Below, piece after piece: positions 29,882 through 38,254 of a DNA stretch of 64,000 nucleotides (the stretch's first letter is position 1; each line of letters opens with the position of its first letter). Source of the stretch: Chloroflexota bacterium (GTDB taxonomy: Bacteria; Chloroflexota; Anaerolineae; Anaerolineales; Anaerolineaceae); NCBI GenBank assembly GCA_012522475.1, contig JAAYKH010000030.1:22063-86062 (forward strand), in the 5' to 3' direction. The notes beneath the pieces are model-generated. The model saw only the letters and a list, made by a program, of their open reading frames with translations. It did not search any database and had not been told where the DNA came from. The position numbers and the translations under genes were made by a program.

Positions 29882-31078
29882 ATGAAAACGAAAAACCTTA
29901 AATTCTGGCTTGTAATAATCACACTGATACTGTCAACCCTGGCCTGCGGCATCCCCGGGATGGCCCTTCCCTTCACAGCGGAGAAGGAAGAACAGGCTCC
30001 TGAAACCCTTGTTGCGCCACTCGTGCCAAAAGAAGAAGCCCCACCCACAACATTGATTATCCCCAACGAAGTTCTGCTGCAAGATAGTCTGGTTCAGCTA
30101 TATGAAACGGTCAGCCCGGGCGTGGTATCCATTCAAGTCTATTCCAATTTAGGGTCAGGGCTCGGCTCTGGTTTTGTGATCGACACCGAAGGTCATATTG
30201 TGACCAACTATCACGTCGTCGAAGTCGCTCAAGAGGTTGAAGTCCATTTTCAAAGCGGGCTCAAAGTTTACGGAAACGTGGTCGGCGTAGATCTGGATTC
30301 TGATCTGGCTGTAATCAAAGTGGATGCAGATCCGGGTGAGCTGCACCCGCTCTCCCTGGGCGACTCAGATCAGCTGCGCGTTGGTCAAACCGTGGTCGCA
30401 ATTGGTAATCCCTTCGGCTTGAGCGGGACAATGACGGTAGGAATCGTTTCTGCGCGAGGTCGGACATTAGAATCCATTCGTCAGACCGAAACCGGCGCCT
30501 TCTTTTCCGCCGGCGACCTAATCCAAACCGACGCCACAATCAATCCTGGTAATTCGGGCGGGCCCCTGTTGAACCTCAATGGCGAAGTCATCGGCATCAA
30601 CCGAGCCCTGCAAACCGGGGGGTTGAATATCGTCGGGTCATCATCTAACACGGGCATCGGCTTTGCAGTTTCATCCAATATCCTCAAGTTGGTTGTGCCA
30701 ACCCTTAAAAAAGGCGAGACCTATAATTACCCCTATTTAGGGCTCTCCAGTCTGCAATCGTTAAGCCTGGCACAGGCTGAGCTCCTGGAATTACCCAGGG
30801 CCACCGGCGCCTATGTTGTTGAAATTGTCTCAGGCGGCCCAGCGGATAAGGCGGGCTTGCGGGCTGGCACTCAGGCCACGTCTGTCGCCGGGTTATATGC
30901 TGGCGGCGATATGATCATCCGGGCGGATGATCTGGATATCCTGGAATTCAGCGAACTGCTCAGTTATTTGATGCTCAATAAAAAGCCGGGCGACACAATC
31001 GATGTCGTGGTTTTACGCAATGGCGAGGAACAAACCCTGACCATTACCCTGGGTGAACGTCCTTCACCCAGGCCATAA
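29882..31078 (+). CDS. HtrA/DegP trypsin-like serine protease with PDZ domain, lipoprotein
   Basis: GSGFVID..HIVTNYHVV, DLAVI, IQTDATINPGNSGGPL; C-terminal PDZ; lipobox STLAC. Confidence 0.95.
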   Translation: MKTKNLKFWLVIITLILSTLACGIPGMALPFTAEKEEQAPETLVAPLVPKEEAPPTTLIIPNEVLLQDSLVQLYETVSPGVVSIQVYSNLGSGLGSGFVIDTEGHIVTNYHVVEVAQEVEVHFQSGLKVYGNVVGVDLDSDLAVIKVDADPGELHPLSLGDSDQLRVGQTVVAIGNPFGLSGTMTVGIVSARGRTLESIRQTETGAFFSAGDLIQTDATINPGNSGGPLLNLNGEVIGINRALQTGGLNIVGSSSNTGIGFAVSSNILKLVVPTLKKGETYNYPYLGLSSLQSLSLAQAELLELPRATGAYVVEIVSGGPADKAGLRAGTQATSVAGLYAGGDMIIRADDLDILEFSELLSYLMLNKKPGDTIDVVVLRNGEEQTLTITLGERPSPRP

Positions 31079-31266
31079 TCCATTAAATAACGACGGGCTC
31101 AGGGGCTTTTCAGTCCAGGTTTCCTTTTTGAGGAGACGCTGTATTTTCGACATTAAGCCGTAGATACGCTAAAATTAATTAACCGGTTATTCCTGGCGGT
31201 CAATTGACATATAACTCTTGTTAACAACATCTACTTCAAAATTCTACAATACCGATGGAGGCAAGC

Positions 31267-32364
31267 ATGTTTTCCGAAAAAGACCTGAGTGAGCTTTTGG
31301 ATTATTCATCTCAGAGTGGCGTTCTGAGTGTTTATCTGAACACAAATCCCGTAGAGGTCCAAGCTGATACGGCAAAAATCCAGCTTCGCAACCTGTTAAA
31401 GACGATCGATCTTGTAGAAGACGTCCAGGCTGTTGAGCGGTACGTCGACCTGGAATACGATTGGTCATCCAAAGGGGTGATTGTGTTTTCAGATCAGCGC
31501 GGGGGCTTTTTCAAGGCTTATCAACTGGATATATCTGTACCTGATCGGGCTTTTTTGGGTCAACAACCCGTCATCCGTCCATTGGTCCAGTTAATGGAAA
31601 CTTACACAGGCTGGGGCGTGGTTTTAGTCGATAAACAGAGCGCCCGACTGTTTTCATTTAACCTGGGGGCACTGGTTGAAAGTGAGAGCATTCTTGGCGA
31701 TGAGGTCAAGCAGACCAAGAGGGGTGGCGGGGATACGATGTTCGGAAGGGGAAGCAGCTTAGACGCGAGCGGCAAGGTAGAAAGCATCATTGAGCGCAAT
31801 ACCAAAACCATCGTTGAATACGCCGCCAGTTTTTTCAAACAGCACCACATCCGCCGCATTTTAATTGGCGGCTCAGAAGAGAATATCGTTCGGTTCAAAG
31901 AAGCGCTGCCCAAGGCATGGCAATCACTGATCGTGGGCAATTTCCCGATTAGCATGACCGCCGGACACCCGGAAATACAAGGGCAAACCAGTCAGGCGGT
32001 CCTGGAATCACAAAGGAAAATCAACCGGAGATTGATTAACCAGGCCGTTACCCTGACAGCCAAAGGGGTCAATGGCGTAACCGGTCTGATTGATACGCTG
32101 AACGCCATCCACGAAGGTCGCGTAAAAATCCTGTTGGTATCACCAGATTTTGAACAAGCTGGCTTTCGCTGTGAAGGCTGCGGTTACCTGGCCGTGCAGG
32201 ACGTGAAAACCTGTCCCTTCTGTAACGGGAACTTCAAGCGCATTGATGACGCGGTTGAGATGGCTGTTCGCGAAACCCTGAGAAATAACGCTGAAGTGAA
32301 GGTGATTGGCGATGATCCCGCCTTGACGCAGGCCGGACAGATCGTCGCGATTTTACGGTATTGA
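31267..32364 (+). CDS. Bacterial archaeo-eukaryotic release factor (aeRF1-like; baeRF/Vms1-type) protein with Zn ribbon
   Basis: VLSVYL N-domain; VLVDKQSARLF; RILIGG; eRF1_3-like GLIDTLNAIHEGRVKILLV; CEGC/CPFC; C-terminal GQIVAILRY. Confidence 0.8.
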   Translation: MFSEKDLSELLDYSSQSGVLSVYLNTNPVEVQADTAKIQLRNLLKTIDLVEDVQAVERYVDLEYDWSSKGVIVFSDQRGGFFKAYQLDISVPDRAFLGQQPVIRPLVQLMETYTGWGVVLVDKQSARLFSFNLGALVESESILGDEVKQTKRGGGDTMFGRGSSLDASGKVESIIERNTKTIVEYAASFFKQHHIRRILIGGSEENIVRFKEALPKAWQSLIVGNFPISMTAGHPEIQGQTSQAVLESQRKINRRLINQAVTLTAKGVNGVTGLIDTLNAIHEGRVKILLVSPDFEQAGFRCEGCGYLAVQDVKTCPFCNGNFKRIDDAVEMAVRETLRNNAEVKVIGDDPALTQAGQIVAILRY

Positions 32365-32370
32365 ACACGA

Positions 32371-32652
32371 ACCCCGCTAATCAACGATGCTCGGGAGCCG
32401 TGCTGGCAGGGGCGAATCTCATCCCTTGGGAAAGGAAGGGTTGTTGCATAGCAAGTCCCTTCGCATGGTAGCACTTCCCAGGTGCACTTGGAAGAAGAGC
32501 GGGGTAAGAATCAGCGGAACCGCTGTGATCGTCTTCCAGGATGATCTACAGGTCTAACCAGTAGAGATGTTGTACCCTATAAGAATGGCTGCAGACCTGA
32601 GCAATAACTGCCCGAAATGGTCTCCACGACACAAAATGTGCTTTGCGAAGGG
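32371..32652 (+). ncRNA. Unassigned highly structured RNA candidate with partial c-di-AMP (ydaO/yuaA) riboswitch-like elements
   Basis: Stems: ACCCCGCT(32371-78)/AGCGGGGT(32498-505); CCCTTCGCA(32457-65)/TGCGAAGGG(32644-52); CAGCG-GAAC-CGCTG; GATCGTC/GATGATC; CAGGTCT/AGACCTG. G-U pairs favour the + strand. GGGGCGAATC at 32409-18. Confidence 0.55.
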
Positions 32653-32776
32653 TTCCCAATTGATTCGATTTTTTAATTCACACGTGCTTGATAAACAATT
32701 GTTTTTCATTATGCCAATCGCCCAAATTGGGTTGAAATAAGTATAATAATGGTCTTATAAGCCATATTGAGGAGCA

Positions 32777-33937
32777 ATGAAAAAGATTTTACTGGTTAGC
32801 ACCCTGGCGATTCTCATCAGCATATCAACTGGCGGGGTTTACGCACAAAACACAGCAGGGCTTACAGGCAATGCTTATTTTGAGCTGCCCCTGTGCCTGC
32901 CCGGCATGCCCGATGACGGGACATGCCTGATGCTCGGGCCTGCCCAGGTTGTCGTAGTGCTGAAGGCCTCGGGTTTTAGCTATCCACCCAGGGGGTTGCC
33001 AGCAGCCACGCCGCCTTCTGAGATGGGCATCATGCCCGTGTTTATTGCTCAAATCAATTTACCTGAAGACCAGCCAGCCCCCATTTACGAAAGTTATTTT
33101 AATGCTGTAGCAGGCACAAATCCGGTTAGCTATATCGCTACAGGGCGGATGCGTTATATCAGTTACAACGAACGTCGGGATGATAATAAGGGAAACGTCT
33201 ATGTTCAGTTAACATCAGGTGGCTGGACCCGTGCGTCGCCAGCAGCTTACCCAAAATTTCAGGGGTTAGAATTTTACGAGAACCCAAAAAACGATTTCGG
33301 CTGGGTGATTGAAGAATCTGAATCCTATATAGCGCCTTCTTTTAACGCGAAAACAACGGGGATCACCTACACTAAATACAGCCAGATCCAGGTTTACGAT
33401 ACAGTCGAAGCTGAAGGTTATTTATGGTATCAAATTGCCCCCGGGGAGTGGGTCAGCAGCCACAAAGCCAGGGTGGTCAACTTACGGCCGGATCCACCGG
33501 AGGGTGTTGCTGCCAATCGTTGGATTGAACTGGACCTTTTCCAGAAAACTATCATGGCTTATGAAGATGGTCAACTGCTGTTTGCAACCCTGACGACCAC
33601 GGGCATTGAGCCCTTCTACACCAAGCCGGGCGTCTTCACCATTTATGAAAAGAAGGCTTTAGCCGATATGTACGGCTCTTTTGAGGCCGATCGCTCCGAT
33701 TATTACTATTTTCAGGACGTCCCCTGGCAAATGTACTATGACGAAGCCCGTGCCATCCATACCGCTTATTGGCACACATTTTTTGGGCATGAAGGGTCGC
33801 ATGGCTGCGTGAACCTCTCCCCCGGTGATGCCCTGTGGATGTTCCTGTGGGCCGATGAGGGCGACTATGTCTGGGTGCACGACCCCAGCGGCAGAACGCC
33901 TACCGATCCCAGTTTATATGGGCCGGGCGCTCCTTAA
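32777..33937 (+). CDS. L,D-transpeptidase (YkuD) family, exported
   Basis: Signal peptide; WIELDLFQKTIMAYE, TKPGVF, AIHTAYWH...GSHGCVN catalytic His/Cys. Confidence 0.9.
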   Translation: MKKILLVSTLAILISISTGGVYAQNTAGLTGNAYFELPLCLPGMPDDGTCLMLGPAQVVVVLKASGFSYPPRGLPAATPPSEMGIMPVFIAQINLPEDQPAPIYESYFNAVAGTNPVSYIATGRMRYISYNERRDDNKGNVYVQLTSGGWTRASPAAYPKFQGLEFYENPKNDFGWVIEESESYIAPSFNAKTTGITYTKYSQIQVYDTVEAEGYLWYQIAPGEWVSSHKARVVNLRPDPPEGVAANRWIELDLFQKTIMAYEDGQLLFATLTTTGIEPFYTKPGVFTIYEKKALADMYGSFEADRSDYYYFQDVPWQMYYDEARAIHTAYWHTFFGHEGSHGCVNLSPGDALWMFLWADEGDYVWVHDPSGRTPTDPSLYGPGAP

Positions 33938-34055
33938 TCACCCTTGTAAATAAATATTTTATAGACCTGCCCCCCTGAAAGAAGGGCAATGATTGAGAAC
34001 GGAAGACGGGTGCTAACTTGCACCCTGATTCCAGTTCCCTTATCCCCCGTTCAGA

Positions 34056-34424
34056 TTAACGCGCCGGCATATCCCGGCTCGCCACCACATCAATTCCAGT
34101 TCCGAGCGCATCAGCCAGCAAAACCTGGTCGATTTTTACCGGCGCCGAAACTTCAACCTGCCGCAAAGCCTGTGCCAGACGCGGAATCAGAGGCTTAGGA
34201 AAGGCGCTGCGCGTGTAGACCGGCACCAGCGGGTGCAAACCGCCGTTAACCCGTACGGTTGAAGCAACCATGCGGCGCGGGTCCCCCAGCTCACTAATCG
34301 CATATTCCTGGCCCCGTTTGCAGCCGCTATTATGAACTTCAATAACCTCACTTCCCGCGTGTTTGACCCTTAACAAACACCCTTGCGGACAGGTTACACA
34401 GATGATTTCACTGATTTCTGCCAC
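34056..34424 (-). CDS. DUF1667 metal-binding protein (G3PDH-associated)
   Basis: CVTCPQGC...GCKRG..YA..E...PRRMV.STVRV. Confidence 0.88.
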   Translation of the reverse strand: MAEISEIICVTCPQGCLLRVKHAGSEVIEVHNSGCKRGQEYAISELGDPRRMVASTVRVNGGLHPLVPVYTRSAFPKPLIPRLAQALRQVEVSAPVKIDQVLLADALGTGIDVVASRDMPAR

Positions 34425-34457
34425 GTTGATTACCTCTCATTAATCTTTACGTTTACT

Positions 34458-35732
34458 TTACCGCCTGCGGACATTAACGGTAAGTCCGGTAGCCTTCTGA
34501 ACCAGTTCATAGGCTTGGGGCCTGATTGCCAGGGTCAGGATTTCTCCCGGGCGGGCATAGGCCCCTGCCTTCTTCGCCACCACCTCGCCATTCTGGTCTT
34601 CAACTGTCACCAGGACACGTTCTTCAATCGGGGCGATGGCACGCATCTGTAATCGTACCTGCTCCTCGGCCAGTCGAGCTTTGTCCAGCTTGTGAGGTAC
34701 CACGTAGCGAATGTTCTCACCAGCCGTCAAGGGGATGTGTTCACCGGGTTCAACATGTTTATCCCGGGCAAAGGCTGCCGCACCCTTCCCGGCCACATAA
34801 CCGGCCTCGGTAACCCAATCCACCAGGTCGTACACATGTACAACATTGCCAGCGGCAAAAATACCAGGGACATTGGTCATAAAACGATCATCCACAAAAG
34901 GCCCATTGGTCACCGGGTCCAATAGAACACCCGCCTGTTTGGAAAGCTCATTTTCCGGAATCAAACCCACAGAAAGCAGGAGTGTATCACAGGGGATCAC
35001 CTCTCGTGTGCCGGGGATTGGCTGCCAGGCTTCATCCACACTGACGGCTTCAATCGCTTCCACCCGGTCTTTTCCAATAATCCGGTTGACGGTGCGTTGT
35101 TTTTCCAGGATGATTCCGTAATCCAGCAGGCACTGTACATAGTTGCGCGTCAGGCCCGTCAGATAAGGCATAATCTCGAGGACGCGTTCAACCTTTGCAC
35201 CTTCAATCGTTAGCCGTCGCGCCATAATCATGCCGATATCACCGGAGCCCAGTATGACAAATTTCTCACCAGGCATAAAGCCCTCAACATTGACAAAGCG
35301 CTGAGCCGTGCCGGCAGTGTACACACCTGCCGGGCGAGAACCGGGTAATAAAATTTGGGCCCGGGTACGTTCCCGGCAGCCCATCGCCAAGACAATCGCA
35401 CGCGTCCTGAGTTCAAGGTAGCCCAATCCTTTGTTGATGGCGTAAATCGTCCGTTCGGGGGTGATATCCAACACCATTGTGTCCATCAGGGTTTCAACGC
35501 CATGTCCCCGCACGTCATCGATGAAGTGCTGAGCATAAGCGGGGCCGGGCAGGTCTTCGTTGAACAATTCCAGCCCGAATCCATTGTGGATGCATTGCAA
35601 CAGGATGCCGCCCAACTCTACATCCCGCTCGATCACCAGGACATGTTCTGCACCGTTTTCTTTGGCGGCAATTGCCGCAGCCAGCCCGCCAGGGCCGCTG
35701 CCGATGACGACAACATCATAGTCCCGTTTCAT
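34458..35732 (-). CDS. FAD/NAD(P)-dependent oxidoreductase (G3PDH-associated subunit)
   Basis: GSGPGGLAAA, GGILLQCIHNGFG, AMGCRERTR, ILGSGDIGMIMARR, IFAAGNV. Confidence 0.88.
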   Translation of the reverse strand: MKRDYDVVVIGSGPGGLAAAIAAKENGAEHVLVIERDVELGGILLQCIHNGFGLELFNEDLPGPAYAQHFIDDVRGHGVETLMDTMVLDITPERTIYAINKGLGYLELRTRAIVLAMGCRERTRAQILLPGSRPAGVYTAGTAQRFVNVEGFMPGEKFVILGSGDIGMIMARRLTIEGAKVERVLEIMPYLTGLTRNYVQCLLDYGIILEKQRTVNRIIGKDRVEAIEAVSVDEAWQPIPGTREVIPCDTLLLSVGLIPENELSKQAGVLLDPVTNGPFVDDRFMTNVPGIFAAGNVVHVYDLVDWVTEAGYVAGKGAAAFARDKHVEPGEHIPLTAGENIRYVVPHKLDKARLAEEQVRLQMRAIAPIEERVLVTVEDQNGEVVAKKAGAYARPGEILTLAIRPQAYELVQKATGLTVNVRRR

Positions 35733-37246
35733 ATCAACGCCTCCATGTTCAGATAATCCTGATCAACAGCCTTGGTCGAACGGTAAAGGAATTCCGACTG
35801 TCCACCCTTTTTAGTGACCTCCTCCGGAGTTTTCGCCAACGCCTCTGCAAGGATTGCCACAACGCGGGGTATGTCAAATCCGCCCTGGCAGCGTCCGGTG
35901 CCCAACCAGGTGCGTCGTTTGAGGGCATCGTAGGTGGTTGCCGGGATAGGCGCGTGGATTTCAGCTAAAATTTCACCTTCTGTGACCATTTCACAGCGAC
36001 AAATAATACGTCCATAAGCCGGGTTTTTGGCGATCAACGCGGCTTGTTCCTCGCGGCTCAGATTGCGAAACACCGGCCGGGGGGCGCGCACCGGGTTCCA
36101 GTCCGGTTTTTCCTGCAAATTTTCACCGGCGTTCTGCAGTAATTCAATCACTTTAAGCGCAATAGCGGGTGCTGCCGTAAATCCAGGAGATTCAATGCCG
36201 CCCAGGTTCACCAACCCGGAAACGTTGTTCGGAATTTCAATGATGAAATCCTGGTTGTAGTTCAGCGCCGGGTCTGGCGAGGGAGCGTTCCCGGTGGCAC
36301 GCAAACCGGCAAATTGAGCAATGATATGTTTACGAGAAATTGTCGGGATTAATGTATTACCACCCTCCCAAATCTCCTGGAGGCCCTCTGTGGTTGTATC
36401 TTTATTCTCTTTTGAATCCACAAAATTGGCATTCGGCCCCACAATGACATTACCGTGCAGTGTTCCTGATACCGTGATGCCCTTCCCCTTATCCGTTGGG
36501 GTCAGGAATATCACCGTGGTTTGGGTCAGCTGGAACTCGGCTTGATCCAGGATTACGTATTCACCACGTCGTGGGCGGATAATAAATTCGGGGCGCACGC
36601 CGGCTTTGTGCATAACCTCATCAGCATACAATCCGGCCGCATTGCTCGCCCAGCGGCAATGGAAGTCTCCCTGGTTGGTGCGCACACCGATGATCTGGTT
36701 GCCTTCCATCAAAAAGTCCTCAAAGGCGGTACCGCACATCAGTTCCACACCATTCATCACCGCGTTTTCTGCCGCTGCCACCGTGGCGGCAAAGGGGTCT
36801 CCAATGGCGCCGCTGGGCACCCACAAAGCAGCAACAATGTCCGGGCAGATTAATGGCTCTCGCCGGCGCATCTCGGTACCGCTGATGATCTCAATCTCCG
36901 CCACGCCATTACGCTGACCGCGTGCTAGCAACTCTTCCAGCACCTGTACTTCTTCCGCAGTGACCGCGACCACATAATCACCACAGCGGCTGTAACCGAT
37001 TCCCAACTCCTGAGATAAAACCGGCCACATCTCAACCGCCATCACATTGGTCAGGGCTTTGTTCGAGCCAGGGATAGGATCATAACCTGCATGGAGGATG
37101 GCAGAGTTCGCCGAACTGGCTCCCATACCAATATTAGCCTCTTTTTCAATCAGCAAAATATCCAGTTGATATTTGGATAAGAAACGCGCTACCAGGCTGC
37201 CGACAATGCCGGCACCGATGATGATCACATCATATTTTTTGGGCAT
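35729..37246 (-). CDS. FAD-dependent oxidoreductase, glycerol-3-phosphate dehydrogenase (GlpA/LhgO-like) with C-terminal BFD-like [2Fe-2S] domain
   Basis: GAGIVG, SANSAILHAG, GIESPGFTAAP, ICRCEMVTEGEI...GRCQGGF (last Cys reads D: GGFDIP). Confidence 0.85.
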   Translation of the reverse strand: MPKKYDVIIIGAGIVGSLVARFLSKYQLDILLIEKEANIGMGASSANSAILHAGYDPIPGSNKALTNVMAVEMWPVLSQELGIGYSRCGDYVVAVTAEEVQVLEELLARGQRNGVAEIEIISGTEMRRREPLICPDIVAALWVPSGAIGDPFAATVAAAENAVMNGVELMCGTAFEDFLMEGNQIIGVRTNQGDFHCRWASNAAGLYADEVMHKAGVRPEFIIRPRRGEYVILDQAEFQLTQTTVIFLTPTDKGKGITVSGTLHGNVIVGPNANFVDSKENKDTTTEGLQEIWEGGNTLIPTISRKHIIAQFAGLRATGNAPSPDPALNYNQDFIIEIPNNVSGLVNLGGIESPGFTAAPAIALKVIELLQNAGENLQEKPDWNPVRAPRPVFRNLSREEQAALIAKNPAYGRIICRCEMVTEGEILAEIHAPIPATTYDALKRRTWLGTGRCQGGFDIPRVVAILAEALAKTPEEVTKKGGQSEFLYRSTKAVDQDYLNMEALI

Positions 37247-37389
37247 AGCAACCTCCGTTTATGAATAGTTCGCCCAACATAATTAATTTTAGAAATTATA
37301 CTCGGGTTTATGTGACCAGCTACATTACCATAGGCAGTAGATTGATATTTTTCACAGAAAAGATGCTGGCTAGAAAAATAATTACTTGC

Positions 37390-38142
37390 TCAGGGGTTAA
37401 TCGTCAACGGCAGGCTGTCCAAGATAGCATCCACCCCTGGGAAACCCGTCGGTTGTCGGATAATCAATCGCATCTCCTGGGCTTCACGAAAAGATGGAAG
37501 CGCCAGGCGAACCTCAAAAGCCTGGGGGGTGCCGGGCACATCCACTGCCAGCTGTCGACTAACAAGCGCCGCGCCGCGCTCGTTGAGCACCTCAAAGACA
37601 ATTGGGTTGTGGTTCACCGGAGTAACAGTCCCCACAATGTCTAGCGCGGGTTCGTTGACCACAGCTCCAGGTTTGGGTTCGATGACCGTCAGCCAGGGTT
37701 CACTGGCAAACTGAACGCGGATCTGATCATCGCCGCTGCTCGCAAGGCTCAGCTCGATTGATCGCAACGCCAGCGGTCGATGTAAGCCATCCTGAGTTGC
37801 AATCGTAAGGATAGCCGAACTGGTTTCTAACGGGATTTCAAACATCAGGTTTGTGGAAAACTCAATTGCCGTATCACCGGTAACATCAACGCTGATTAAC
37901 TGCCTCGCCAGCACATTCTGCTTCCGGTCAACGAGCGTCAGCCTGACCAGGCCATCTTCGCCCGGGTAAATCGATGCATTAATTTCAATCGGTGAGGTCA
38001 CCAATGAATTTTCCCCAGGGGTGTACACTGTAATCAGTTGTACAGGCAGCACACTTGCAGAAAGTGCAAGCAATAAGGCCAAACTCAGTGTAATAAGCAA
38101 AAGACGGCAATCTTGCATACAGGAATTATACAACCAATGCAA
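37390..38142 (-). CDS. Hypothetical exported protein with two Ig-like repeats
   Basis: N-terminal hydrophobic segment; beta-rich repeats (VYTPGENSLVTSPI / VIEPKPGAVV). Confidence 0.5.
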   Translation of the reverse strand: MHWLYNSCMQDCRLLLITLSLALLLALSASVLPVQLITVYTPGENSLVTSPIEINASIYPGEDGLVRLTLVDRKQNVLARQLISVDVTGDTAIEFSTNLMFEIPLETSSAILTIATQDGLHRPLALRSIELSLASSGDDQIRVQFASEPWLTVIEPKPGAVVNEPALDIVGTVTPVNHNPIVFEVLNERGAALVSRQLAVDVPGTPQAFEVRLALPSFREAQEMRLIIRQPTGFPGVDAILDSLPLTINP

Positions 38143-38200
38143 TCGATAGCCACTTTATTGATTTCATTCGTAACGTTGCCTGTTTCTCTTAGGAAATAAT

Positions 38201-38233
38201 AAAAACAGGGCAGCCGCTGAACGCGACTGCCCT
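38201..38233 (-). terminator. Rho-independent terminator after the M32 peptidase
   Basis: Minus strand AGGGCAGTCGC-GTTCA-GCGGCTGCCCT followed by GTTTTT. Confidence 0.85.
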
Positions 38234-38254
38234 ATCTTCCATGCTCACAACTCT

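Noticed and set aside
32371-32652. RNase P, SRP, tmRNA, 6S, tRNA-Sec or group II intron identity for the structured region
   Set aside because: It lacks GAGGAAAGTCC (RNase P), the SRP S-domain GGAA/AGCAG motif, tRNA-like ends and intron domain V. It is multi-branched rather than a 6S-like rod.
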